A stretch of DNA of 64,000 nucleotides from an uncultured virus (IMG/VR IMGVR_UViG_3300006930_000005) (taxonomy: Duplodnaviria; Heunggongvirae; Uroviricota; Caudoviricetes). The position numbers and the translations under genes were made by a program. The notes below the pieces were generated by a model. It saw only the letters and a list, made by a program, of their open reading frames with translations. It had not been told where the DNA came from and searched no databases. The stretch lies in the IMG/VR virus record IMGVR_UViG_3300006930_000005, one strand, 5' to 3'. Shown piece by piece: positions 38,242-50,779 of this stretch. Numbering within the stretch: position 1 is the first letter of the stretch; each line of letters starts with the position of its first letter.

Positions 38242-40051
38242 AAAGATAAGGAGGTAATAATATGTTTATAAAATTAACAAATAAATATTTAAAAGATGAA
38301 TATGATGGGTATTATGAACATTGCAATACATATCATATAAAAGAAGAAGATTTAATAAGATTTAGTTCTGAGAGAGGAAGAGATATTGAAAGTAATTTTT
38401 CAGATAGATATAAACAAAACTACTATGTTTACTTTAATGAAAAGGGAACTACAAGAAAGATACAAATAGATTGGGAATCTTATTTAAAATTAAAAGATGT
38501 ATTGGATATAAAGGAGGAATAGAATATGGAACAAGCGATTGATTGGAAAAGACATAAAGCAGAACAACTTTTAGAACACATAAATAGAGAAGAATTAATA
38601 GATTATATAATTGAATTAGAGGATAGTCGTCTAAAACTAGAACGTGTAGAAACTCGATTAAAGACTGATTATCAAGAAATAATTAAAGCTATGGATACAA
38701 TAACAAATGAAGAAAGTATACCAGATAAAGAAGTTGGAAAAATGTTTTGTGGGTATATAATGAGATATGTGAATATAATAAAGGAGGTTGAGCAACATGA
38801 TACAAATAAGAGACATACCAGATGGTTCAATAGTATGGAAGGGTAATGGTATATTAGGGGTTAAGGAATTTACATTAAATACTAAATACTATAATAACTA
38901 TTGTACAAAGATAAGAGGTAATAATAAAGATTATGAATTAGTAAAGGAGGATTAATATTATGAGATATGCAATAGAAATAATGGAATCATACTATGCAAT
39001 AGATGAATATACATCTGATGATATAGGAGAGGTATTAAAATGGTATAGGAAAAACTATAAAGAGGACTGTGATAATGGATTTGTAAAATTTGATTTATAT
39101 AAAGATGATAATTACTTAACATTTGAAGAATGTTATTTATTAGGTTTTTATGAAGAAGAGGGAGAGCAATAACATGGATATATTAAAAGATGAATTAAAG
39201 TCATATAAAGATAAAGTGCAATCAATTAAAACAATTGGTGAGTTTAAACAATTAGGCAGAGAATTAAGAGACGAGTTTAATTTAACAGATATAGAAGCTA
39301 TACAAATTTTAAATCAATTAAGAAATTGGGAGGAATAATAATGAAAAATGAATTAATTTATAAATTTGATAAAGAGTTTATAGAGAAAGAATTAAGTGCA
39401 GATACAAATTATAATGATGATTCTATTTGGTATATTGTTATCAATAACAAAGAAGAATATAATAAAGTAATAAAAGCTTGTATTAATTTATACCCAGATG
39501 TTAAGTTTAAACAAAGGAATACTAAGGGTGAAGTAGAATTATTTAGCGAAGAAGCATATGTTGAATTAAATGAAATTCTTTTTGATTTTAAGGTTTTACT
39601 TAATAATAGTAAAGCAGGTTTAGGAATACGTTTAGAAAAAGGAATAATAACTATAGGAATAGCTGGTGAAGACTTAGCTAACAAGATAATAAATATAGGA
39701 AATTTAATATTTGAATAAAGGAGGAATAATGATATGAATGATTTAGATAAACCGCATTACGTATACGTATGTTGCGTATTGTACCAAGGTAAAATATGGA
39801 AATGGAATGTAGGACTACATAAAAGAGATGTAGGTTCAGAAACAATGTATTATCCAAAAGGATTTGATTTTGCAGATAATGATAGATTTCATAGAGAGTT
39901 TGCTGAATTAATATTCCCTATATGGGCAGAGAATGATATTGAGCATGGTGAGGTATTTGGCGATAATGGTAAAGCAAAAGATATATATAGAATGTATGAA
40001 ATACATGAAGATTATTGCAATGGCAGTAAGCCATATTAGGAGGAGTAAGAA

Positions 40052-40387
40052 ATTAATTTAAAATTAAAAGACTGTATATTAGAAAATGTAGAATATGACA
40101 CTGAAAGTTGGAGAGGGTGCGAGACTTGTGACTTTGGTTCAAGATATATAAATTACTTAGAATTACAATTTGATGATGGTGATTGTAAAAAGATAGAATT
40201 AAGAAATGAGTATAACTATTTGATGGATGAATCAGAACTTATGGAAATAATATGTAATACAACAGAAGAGATAAGTAAAGAAGAACTGATAGATAATATT
40301 ATTGAAATTGCAAAAGTGCATGAAGACCATAGTTATTCATCATTTGAAATATATATAAACGATATATTAATATGGGAGGAAAATTAA
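40052..40387 (+). CDS. Hypothetical protein (111 aa) with a probable ATT start; not in the ORF track
   Basis: AGGAGGAG RBS precedes ATT at 40052. The open frame contains GCETCDFGS and fills the gap between its neighbours. Confidence 0.65.
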   Translation: MNLKLKDCILENVEYDTESWRGCETCDFGSRYINYLELQFDDGDCKKIELRNEYNYLMDESELMEIICNTTEEISKEELIDNIIEIAKVHEDHSYSSFEIYINDILIWEEN

Positions 40388-42170
40388 CATGAATAAAATA
40401 TATAAATTGCCTAATTGTGAAGAATTAGATAAATATGATATAAAAGATGTAGAAAAATTAGGAGCAGAATGGTTTGTTTATTTTTACTTAAGTGGTTTTT
40501 ATGATGGTAATGGTTTTGTTATATGGAAAGAAGAAGATAGATATGGGTATCATGACTTAAGTCATTGTAGTTGTTATGGTCCGACACAAGGGATAGGTAG
40601 AGAAGCTGTTTATTATCCTTGTTTATCAGACATAGAAAAGTTTGCAAATAATTATAATGGTGGCAAAAAAGTTATAGAGTTTATAAAAAGAAATAATTTG
40701 GAATAGAGGAGAGAATAATATGAAAATATATATATTATTAAGTCACTCAGGTGACTACGAAGATTACCATGTAGAAATAATAAAAGCATATGAAATGAAA
40801 GAATGGGCTGAAGAACAAAAAGAAATACTAGAAGATATAGAGAAAGAAAAAGAATTACATAAAGATGAATATTTATGGTATGAACCAACATGGTATAATA
40901 TAGAAGAACATGAATTAGAATGTTGGGATATAAGATAAAAGGAGGATTAATTAAAATGAAATATGATATAAAAATGATTAAAATATATATAAAAAAATTA
41001 TCAAGTAAACTCAGAGTATCTCGTTGGATATTATGGCAGAAAATAAATAGAAAACACTTATATACTTATGAATTAATAGAAGATAGAACGAGGTGTCAAG
41101 TGTGTGGACGTAATGTGCACGATTATACCGTACCAGATGAATTATGGAACTCATTAGCAAAAAAAGAAGATGTGTATTGTTATGATTGTTTTTGTGATTT
41201 AACTGATAAAAAAGGAATATATTGGAGGATAAATTAATATGCTAACAGATGAAATAAAATTAGAATTAGAGTATATGTCATTAGAATTAACTATTAAAAG
41301 TTTAACTATTTGCGATAATAAACACATGGCAAAATTACATAAATTAGCTAATATGTATTCTGTATCTGTACCAATAAGTATAATAGATGCAACACACTGG
41401 GTAAGTAATGAAATTGAAACATTATTAAAACAAGGAGAATCCTTGGATGATGCTATTAATATAACTATTGATAAAATAGTAAATATATATTTTAAAAGAT
41501 AATAAAGGAGAATAATAATATGGAAGGTAAAGAATTATTTAAAAACTTAAAATTTAAATCACATATAGAACCTAGATGGGGTCATAAAGGTGCAATAGTA
41601 TACGATAATAAACAAGAAGAAGATATAGAAACAGAAGTTATATTTTATATAGATAGTGACAACATAGCTATATCACAAAAAGATATAGCTAATCCATTGG
41701 AAGATGATGAAAGTTTAATATTTATAAGCAGAGATTTATTAAAAGCTATAAATCAACAATTGGAGGATATGAAATAATGAGTGAATTTAAGATAACAGAA
41801 CGTGGATGGGCTGGGCATTTTATATGTTCTAATAGATGTAATTTTAGAAGAAATACATTAATAGAATATGGTGATAAAAAGGTAGTAGTAAGCACAGTGG
41901 GGCTTATGGAAGCACGATATAGCACATATGCTAAAAGGATTTATGAGACAGTAGGAGCAGGAAGATATTATGAGACTATGTGTTTTTGGGCTAAGAATGA
42001 TAAATATAAAGATGCAGATGTAGGAAGACAAATATTTATAGATTGTAATTGGGCTATAGATAAATTATCAGCTGAACTAGAAGCTAATGAGATGCATGAT
42101 AATTATGTAAATGAGGTTAAAAAGTACATATTAAATAATGAAAACTAACTACAATATAAAATAACTAATT

Positions 42171-42205
42171 AAGAGATTGCTAAAAGAAAGTAGTCTCTTT
42201 TTTTT
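42171..42205 (+). terminator. Rho-independent terminator
   Basis: AAGAGATTGCT...AGTAGTCTCTT hairpin followed by a T-run. Confidence 0.7.
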
Positions 42206-42225
42206 AACAAATTTAAAACATTTAC

Positions 42226-42254
42226 TTGACAAAACGAAACAAATATGTTATAAT
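42226..42254 (+). promoter_or_regulatory. sigma-A promoter
   Basis: TTGACA-17 nt-TATAAT. Confidence 0.85.
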
Positions 42255-45200
42255 GAATATATAAAGCAACTGGGTAATTTTAGACAACAATATAAATAAG
42301 AAGGAAAGGAGAATGAATTAGAAACAATATAAAAAACAAAGAAATAAATGATATTATTATGAATAAAAAAATAGATAGGAGAAATTAATATGAATTTCAA
42401 AGAAGAAACAATAGAAAAAATAAAAGAGAGTGGATATAAATTAGAAGATGTAATGTTTGTAGGAAGTAATGATGGAAAATTAAGAATAAATATTGAAAAG
42501 TTTTTAGAAATAAGTGATTTTGAATATGATTCAGGATATGGTTCAGCAGAAATTTCTGGATGTTTAATAGTTTATTTTAATGATAAGAGTTATTTAGCTA
42601 GAGATGAATATGATGGTTCAGAATGGTGGGAATATGTACCAGCATCAAACTTTTCAAAAGATGATAATAGTGATGAATTTATTTTTGAAAAAGATGAAAC
42701 GTGGTATTGTTATCTTTTGAAAAAAGTATAAATATTTTAAATAAAAAAGGAGTTTTTATATGAATAAAATAATAAAGATAGAAAATTATCTACCACCTGT
42801 ACCACATAAAGTAAGCGAGGTTATATGCATTAATTGCATGAATAGATATATAGATGTAAGACCATGTATAACATTATTAAAAGAATTGAAGTGTCCTAAA
42901 TGTAATAAAGCAGGCTATATAATAGAAACAGGTGAAGCAATAGATTAAAATATAATTTAAAAGGAGGAATAAATTATGGATGAATTAGAGATAAGATATA
43001 AATTAAGACATAAAGAAAACAAAACACAAGAAGATAAACTGTTGTTAAAATATTATGAACAATTATTTTTAATAAGTGAAATATTAGTAGAAGAAAGTAA
43101 ACAACATATATCTCCTGAAAAAGCAATAAGAGATATTAGAAGTGTTTTTTAGAATTTAAAAGGAGGAATAAGACATGAATTCAGAAGAAATGTTTAATAA
43201 ATTAGGATATGAGTTAAGTGAAAATAAATATATTATAGTAAGAGATTTATACTATATAAGAAAAGATTATAATTATGGAAAAATAATCATACGTATATCA
43301 TTAGAAGAAAAAGAAGTAGTAAAATATAATAACGGAGGCTCAAAACCAATTACATTTGATGAATTTAAAGCAATATATAAAACATTAGAAGAATCAAATC
43401 AAATTTAAAGAGGGGGAGAAGAATAATGAAAATTAAGTATATAATAAGTTTAATAATAATACTATTTATGATTTTTAATACAGCGTGTTTTGCTAAAGGG
43501 TCAGTAAGTAGTCATTCATCAGGAGCTAGAAGCTCATCAACATCTCATGTAACAACAAGTAAACCGAGTTCAACTCCTAAATCAAGCTCGAGCTCAACGA
43601 GTTCACATACTACAACAAGTTCGACATCATCACATTTTAGTAATCCATTTTTATGGTTTATGGTTGGTGGAGCCGCAGGACATGTGACAAATGATAACAA
43701 TGATGTTAATATATATGGAGAACAACAACAAAGCATGCAGTTATATAAAGGCAAAGTTTTAATGGTTGGTTTAATATTATTAATATTAGTTATAATTATA
43801 ATATTAGGTATATTATATTGGAAAGAATATGTTTAGATAGAGGTGAGATTATGGGAAATGAAGAAAAAAATGAATATATAACAGTGACAAGAGAACCTTG
43901 TTTATGTTGTGAATGTAAATATTTTGAATATAGAAGTAATCACTTAGTTAATTTTGGTAATTGTGAAAAAGGACATTTTACATCTACGAATAATTATAAA
44001 TGTAATGAGTTTATTTATTATAAGGAGAAATAATATGAAAGTAGGAGATTCTGTATATGTAAAACCAATAAATGAAGTTCTAAAAATTCATTGTATAGAT
44101 GAAAACGGTATTGGTTGTAATTATACTGGGGAATTTAAACCAAAACAAGGGAATTCATACAAAATAAATTATTTTAGTAAAAATGAATTAATACCCTTAA
44201 AAGAATATTTGAAACAGAAATATAAGGAGGAATAGAAAAATGAAAGAAAATGATATACAAAAATTAGTAAGAATATTAATTAATAAAAAATATACATATA
44301 AGAGCTGGGACGGAACATATGATGAAGCTAATTTGATTTCAAGCGATGCTAAAACAATATTAGAAGAAATATTGAGACAATTTTTATTAGACAATCATGA
44401 TGAGAAAATAGGTGTATTAGAAGCTAAGGTTTATGCTTATGAAAAGATAATAGCAAATAGTAATTTTGCACCTATATTAAAAAATAAAACAAATGAATTA
44501 GAGGAGGGATAAGATGAATAAAAGTATAATATCGTTTGAATTAAACCAAAACGGTGATTTAATGGATACAATAAATGATTTATTAGTACTTAGTTTAAGC
44601 GAAATATTAAATCCTTATTTTGAATATTTTACTTTTGAAGATAATACTAAAATAAAAAATAGAAATATAGACAGAATGATTAGTTTGTTAGAAAGTATAA
44701 AAATAAAGGAGTTGTAAAAATGAATTTACAAAGTAAAGTAATAATAGCAAATACAATAAGAATAATAACGTTTGCAGTTTTAGCAGTAATATTTAGACAT
44801 TGGTGGATAGTGTTGGTTAGTGCGTTATTCTTAACAAGTATTGAAGGGAAGGAAGATTAATTATGAATAAAGAAAATAAAATGATATTAAAAGTATATGA
44901 TATAGACTATGGGTTTATCATAAAAAATTACTTAGATAAAGAAATGTGGAGCAAGAGTTGGACTATATTTGAATATAAAAAATTTGTGTTTACTTTAAAT
45001 TTAAGCTCAATAAACACAGAAGATGAAAAAGTTATATTTAGAATAAAAATGACTGATAATAATAAAGAAAATTTATACAATAAAAGAGATGAACAAGTTT
45101 ATTATAGTTTAAAAATAGATAATTTAGACATATTAAAAAAACAAATAAATAGCACTATAGCATCAATGATAGAAAAATCAGAACAATATTGGTATATAAT

Positions 45201-45595
45201 ACAAACAGAAGAATATGAAAACATTCAATCTTTTCATGAATTACAAAAAGAAAAACTAGAAAATATTGCACTAGATTTTTTAGATAGTGAAGGTGTAACA
45301 AATGATGATATAAGAGACGCATATATAGAATCATATGTAGATAAAAATGACACTTTTCATTATATGGTTGGTTCTTATATATGTGAGAATAAATATAGAT
45401 TTCTTACTGATTTATATTTAATGTTTTATAAAGTAATAGGAGACACAAAAAAATACGAATATATAATAAAACAAATAGATAATAATGATATTAATGAAAT
45501 AATTGAAAGAATAAACGAAGAGTATGAATATATTCAAACTGTTGAATTTGATGAAGATATGAAAGATAAATTAGAAAGTATATAGGAGAATTATA

Positions 45596-46045
45596 ATGGA
45601 AGATAAGATTATATTGCCTTTAGATATTATAGAAACTGTATATAATCATGATAAGAAATATATTAAAATTCATAATAAACCAATATATGTGAAAGATGAC
45701 AGATATCTAAACTTAATAAAAAATGGATTTAAATGTGCTTGTTGTGGTTTAGAAGGTAAATATGCAGTATTAGAATATAATAAAGGTTATCAGTGGCATA
45801 TAAATATATATGGTGATATTAATAATAAAGAGACTCAATTAACAAAAGACCACATATACCCTAGAAGTAAAGGTGGATTAAATCATATAAATAACTATCA
45901 GGTATTATGTGAAAAGTGTAACAAGGATAAAAAAGACACACCGCCTATGCCTTTAAGATTTGCGTTGCAAAAAGGATATACAAACATAAATTCTGTACAA
46001 AAAGCAATAAAATTAGGTAGACCAAATGCATTAGTAGGAGTGTAG
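45596..46045 (+). CDS. HNH endonuclease
   Basis: CACCG...TKDHIYPRSKGG...NYQVLCEKCNKDK. Confidence 0.85.
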   Translation: MEDKIILPLDIIETVYNHDKKYIKIHNKPIYVKDDRYLNLIKNGFKCACCGLEGKYAVLEYNKGYQWHINIYGDINNKETQLTKDHIYPRSKGGLNHINNYQVLCEKCNKDKKDTPPMPLRFALQKGYTNINSVQKAIKLGRPNALVGV

Positions 46046-46139
46046 TAGATAATTAGAGATAATCGGAGATTATTGAAGATAATAGTATAATAATTTAAGA
46101 TTATTAGAGATAATTGAAGAAAAAAAAGGAGTAAAAATT

Positions 46140-46949
46140 ATGGAATTTAATGAAAAGATAATGAAAAGAGTACAAGAACATTATGATTATTTAGAATCTA
46201 AAGGATATGAGATTGTATTCTTAGGATTATATGGTAGTCCCAATTATGATTTAGATATTTATACAGATGAATATATGTCTGATGTAGATACTAAAGCAAT
46301 AGTATTACCAAGTTTTAGCGACTTTGTTAATGGTTATAAACCAGTAAGTACTACAATAGAGTTAGATAATGAACATATTGATACCAAGGACGTTCGAAAT
46401 ATGCATGACTGTTTTAAGAAACAAAATGTAAATTTTATAGAATTATTATTTACTGATTATATGATTGTTAATCCTAAATACCAAGATATATTTCAAGAGA
46501 TATTAGATAATGCTGAAGGAATAGCAAGGTTAAATGTCAATCAAGCATTAAGATGTATATCTGGAATGAGTACGGAGAAGCTACATGCTTTAAAACATCC
46601 TTACCCAAGCATAATTGATAAGATAGAAAAATATGGATATGACCCAAAACAAGCTCATCATGTGGTTAGACTTAATCAATTTATAAAAAAATATATTTCT
46701 GGCTTGTCATATAGAGAATGTCTTAAAGCTGATAATAAAGAATGGCTAATAGATATAAAATTAGGTAAATTTGATTTAGACACTATAGAAAAGTTATGTA
46801 TAAAATTAGATGCCGAAACAAAAGAAATTAAAGATAACAACATAGTGCCAATAGATTTTATAGATATAGAAATGGTAAATTTACTTGATAAAGTAAAATA
46901 TGAATTATTAAAAAGAAGATTCAAAGAAGAATTAAATAAAGGAGAATAA
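46140..46949 (+). CDS. Pol-beta-superfamily nucleotidyltransferase (RlaP/YcgL-like)
   Basis: LYGSPNYDLD...SDVDTK...NFIELLF...GYDPKQAHHVVRL. Confidence 0.7.
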   Translation: MEFNEKIMKRVQEHYDYLESKGYEIVFLGLYGSPNYDLDIYTDEYMSDVDTKAIVLPSFSDFVNGYKPVSTTIELDNEHIDTKDVRNMHDCFKKQNVNFIELLFTDYMIVNPKYQDIFQEILDNAEGIARLNVNQALRCISGMSTEKLHALKHPYPSIIDKIEKYGYDPKQAHHVVRLNQFIKKYISGLSYRECLKADNKEWLIDIKLGKFDLDTIEKLCIKLDAETKEIKDNNIVPIDFIDIEMVNLLDKVKYELLKRRFKEELNKGE

Positions 46950-48053
46950 TAATTATGGATAAAGTAGAAGAAGATTTAATAAAAAGTAATTTTAGTGCAG
47001 AAATATCGTTTGAATTAGATAAAGAAGCTAGTGAAAATTTAAATAAAATATTTGGTATGTCTGATAAACTAACTATTACAGTTGAGAAATTATGGAATAA
47101 TTATAATAAATTAAAACAAGAAAATGAGATGCTAAAATCTCAAAATTGGTTAATGAAAAACGAAATAGATACGATAACAAAAAACTACATAGATAAATTA
47201 TTTTTTGAAAAAGAAAGAAAGAGTGATGTGAATGAATAATTCAAGGAAAACAGATTGGATTGTGATAGAAATATATCATGAAAGATATATGTTTTCAACA
47301 GATATTCATTTATTCAAAGACACAAAAATTAAAGATATTAAAATAAATAATACATACATATATAAAACTAATATAAAAAAATTAAATGAAGGCAATGCCA
47401 AAGATGAAAGATATATTATTGATTATTGCACACACACAGGCAAAGATAAAAATAAAATACACCTTGAATGTGTATTAATAATGCCATTAGATGTATTTAT
47501 AAAAGAAGGTTATGAAAGCTTTGTATGGGGGCAAACCAAAACGAAATATGGATTGTTAGATTTAGAGGAAAATAATCAATAAAATAATGAAAATATATAT
47601 AAATAATTGTAAAGTTAGGAAATATAACTTGGTAAAGGAATTATAATATAGTGTGAGACAAACGAGAATATGTCATATGCTAATTTAAATAGTAAAATAA
47701 TATAAGTTGTAGACAGAGGGTAATAATATAATTAAAACTAAAATACGGGCTTAATATAAAACAAAGGCAAAATAAAATATAGGTCAAACGCACAATGATT
47801 GAAAATGAGATTCAAAAGCAAAACGTAATTAAATGCAACCTAGTACAAAAACAAAATGGAAGTACAAAGCCAACGATAAAAAATGCAAAATGAAGCACAA
47901 AGGCAAAAGGAAAACCTAGACCAAGAAAAACAAGGGCAACGAAAACTGAGTCGAAAGGGAAACACGGGCAGCAAAAAACACAAGTGATGACCCCATGCTG
48001 TCTGCACGAAAAGTGCATATGATTATTTTAATGATTATATAATGATTATATTG

Positions 48054-48147
48054 GTATCTAAAATTACCCACCTCTGTATCTAAAATTACCCACTTCGTGT
48101 ATCTAAAATTACCCACTTGAAATAAAAAATCGGGTAAAAATAGATAC
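48054..48147. repeat. Three 18-bp direct repeats (iteron-like) plus one inverted degenerate copy
   Basis: GTATCTAAAATTACCCAC at 48054, 48076 and 48099 (period 22-23 bp); GGGTAAAAATAGATAC at 48132. Confidence 0.85.
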
Positions 48148-48443
48148 AGAATTGTAAAATAAAATATAAAAAGGAGTATAAAAAATGAATAAAATAAAAG
48201 TAATAATAATTATAATTTTAATGGTATTAATATTTGGAATAGGATTTATTTTAGGAAGAGTTTTTATAGAAAATAAATTACAAAATGAATATTATAGTAT
48301 AATAAATAATTTAGTTTCTGAAAATAATACTTTAAAAAAAGATAATGAAAGTATAATGAAAACTAATGAGGAATTAAATTTTGAGTTAGGAACTTTTCAA
48401 AGACAAATAAATAATTCAGACACAAGAAAATAACAAGAAAGGA

Positions 48444-49034
48444 GTGATTTTATATTATATGGCTAAAGAAAAAGAATATAAACTTGCAATTTCTTTGTCA
48501 GAAGAGTTTATAAAAGATAAAAAAATAAATGATTTATTATATTGTTGGTTATTAATTAATAGTTATTATGATATAGAATCACAAATAAGAAAAATAGATA
48601 AAAATAAAGTTAATTTATCTGCTTTGGAAATTGAATTAGAGATAACAAGAAAAACTTTAAGAAGTGATTTGCAGTATTTAATCAATATTAATTATATACA
48701 ATTAGATAACGATAATAGATGTTATATATTTAAAGAAATTAATAGTAGATTTATTTCAATTAGTCAAGGACTATTAACTCATATGGTTTTATCTAATAAT
48801 AAAAATATTATAAAAATATATTGTATTTTAAAGTCATATTATGAAATGAATAAAAGTAATAGTTTTTTTACTAAAACAATGTTGTTAGATAAGATAGGAT
48901 ATAATAAAAGAACAGTAAGTAATTATAAAAACATAGATAATATATTAGAATGGTTTGTTAAAAATAGATATTTAAATTATGATATAAATGGAGATAATAA
49001 ACAAATTAAGCATAAAATAGAGAAAATTGTATAA
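48444..49034 (+). CDS. Winged-helix-like DNA-binding protein, possible replication initiator
   Basis: HTH-like LSALEIELEITRKTLRSDLQYLININYI; close to the iteron-like repeats. Confidence 0.45.
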   Translation: MILYYMAKEKEYKLAISLSEEFIKDKKINDLLYCWLLINSYYDIESQIRKIDKNKVNLSALEIELEITRKTLRSDLQYLININYIQLDNDNRCYIFKEINSRFISISQGLLTHMVLSNNKNIIKIYCILKSYYEMNKSNSFFTKTMLLDKIGYNKRTVSNYKNIDNILEWFVKNRYLNYDINGDNKQIKHKIEKIV

Positions 49035-49039
49035 AAGAC

Positions 49040-49068
49040 TTGACAAAACGCTACATTTATGGTATAAT
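49040..49068 (+). promoter_or_regulatory. sigma-A promoter
   Basis: TTGACA-17 nt-TATAAT. Confidence 0.85.
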
Positions 49069-49532
49069 ATATGTATAAGAAAAAGAAAAGAGGAAATATG
49101 ATATGATTAACGGAATATGGAATGCCCTAATAAGTGGTATTGCTGGATTAATAAAAATAATAATGGTCTTAGGTTTGATTTTATTTTTAATAGCTTGTAT
49201 TGTTTATGGAGGATGGTTTTTCTTTTGGTTAATAATATTAATATTACTCATAGGAATCTGCTCTTAGATTTAATATGCTAAAAACAAAAGGGGGAAATGC
49301 TTAAATGAAAAGGATGTGTGAAAACTGTCCGTATAATTCAAATGAATATTGTAGTTTAAATGATACTTATATAGACGATATGAAATCAAGTTCTTGTTGT
49401 AATATAGATTATGATTTAGAGGTTTTAGAAGATGAAGAAATTTATATATAAAATAGAAAAATGGTTTATTTATAAACTTGGTAAAAGAATGTTAAAAAAA
49501 TATGGATATATGGAAAATTGGATTAATAAGAG

Positions 49533-50027
49533 GTGAGTAATATTTTAGATGTTAAAGAATTAGCAATGTATATTGTTTTGAAATACAAAGAAGATTTTAA
49601 TAAAGATATTTCAAGTGTTAAATTAAATAAAGTTTTATATTTTTGTTTTGCTTATTGGGGTTCTTATATAATTTTTAATAAAGATTTTATGAAAGATTCC
49701 GAAGTACCTAGTTATTCTGAAATATTATTTGATAGTAAAATAGAGGCTTGGATTTACGGAGCTGCTATTCCAGAGGTTTATTATTTATTTGTAGAGAATA
49801 AACTTAATGAATATTATAATAAAGATTTATTTAATGAAAAAGATTATTTAAAAGAATACTTAGATGAAATATTAGAAGACCTTTTAGATATTAGTGATTT
49901 TAGATTAGTAGAAATTGCTCATCAAGATAAATGTTGGAAGAAAAATTGGAATTATAAATATATAGATAATTCAAAAGAAATAAATAAAAAAGATATAATC
50001 AAAGAATATATAAAAAAATATATATAA
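49533..50027 (+). CDS. Panacea/SocA (DUF4065) antitoxin-like protein
   Basis: ISSVKLNKVLYF...LFDSKIEAWIYG...PEVY...LVEIAHQDKCW. Confidence 0.75.
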   Translation: MSNILDVKELAMYIVLKYKEDFNKDISSVKLNKVLYFCFAYWGSYIIFNKDFMKDSEVPSYSEILFDSKIEAWIYGAAIPEVYYLFVENKLNEYYNKDLFNEKDYLKEYLDEILEDLLDISDFRLVEIAHQDKCWKKNWNYKYIDNSKEINKKDIIKEYIKKYI

Positions 50028-50230
50028 GGAGGTGATTTGATTGAAAACAGAACTTATACCAGAAGAAAATAAGATTCAAATAATATATTGCCCTAGTTGT
50101 AATTCTATAGAAAAATTTGAATTACATAAAATAGATGACAATGCTAAAATATTTCAATGTTGCGATTGTGAATCACAATATAAAGTAAGTAAAGAACCTA
50201 CAGATATAGATTATAAACAATTGTAAGAAA

Positions 50231-50650
50231 ATTGGCGTTAGTGAGTACGTACTAACTTAATGGAGTGTCAACTCTAGCCAATACGTAGACCGTACCTAAA
50301 TAACCTTAGGGCTTTAGGTCATAACAAGATTCAGGTTTTAACGTATTAAATTACGGTTTGAAGTGCAGCCTGCAGCTCGAGAGAGATAAAAAACTTAGTA
50401 CCATGTAGAGAACTTGGCTCTATAACAACAAATATAGGTATAGATGACTATATTTAATCTAAGTTCAAGGAGTAACGTGCCCTTGTTAATTGGACTAGCT
50501 CCAAACGCTCTAGGGATGGAGAATAATACCCGAAATATAATGTTATACATAGTAGTCATAGGTGGTTGTGATATTTGCGGAGGTGTTAATAAGATAATAA
50601 CTCTATTTAACCAAAATATAAAAAATATCACTATGTATAATATTATATTA
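50231..50650 (+). ncRNA. Candidate large structured non-coding RNA, family unassigned
   Basis: Intergenic and GC-richer than its flanks, with many nested stems, including ATTGGC/GCCAAT and a 19-bp stem 50535-50553/50630-50648; followed by tRNA-like elements. Confidence 0.55.
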
Positions 50651-50779
50651 ATTATGTAAGTAATGATAAAGTGTTACAGCACTTGTTGGTTTAAATCCAA
50701 CGACTTATAGTGTTAAATTAATCAAAGTTTTTTCTTTAAGAAGAAGCAGGTAGTATGCGGTAACATACTACCAAAATAA

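Larger units (their letters stand above)
37958..47582 (+). other. Run of small hypothetical phage genes
   Basis: Tightly packed ORFs with AGGAG RBSs. Confidence 0.75.

Noticed and set aside
48054..48116. CRISPR array
   Set aside because: The repeats are 18 bp with only 4-5 bp between them, so there are no spacers; no cas operon is nearby.
50395..50659. ORFs 50395..50631 (-) and 50444..50659 (+)
   Set aside because: No clear RBS and atypical composition; the region is better explained as structured RNA.
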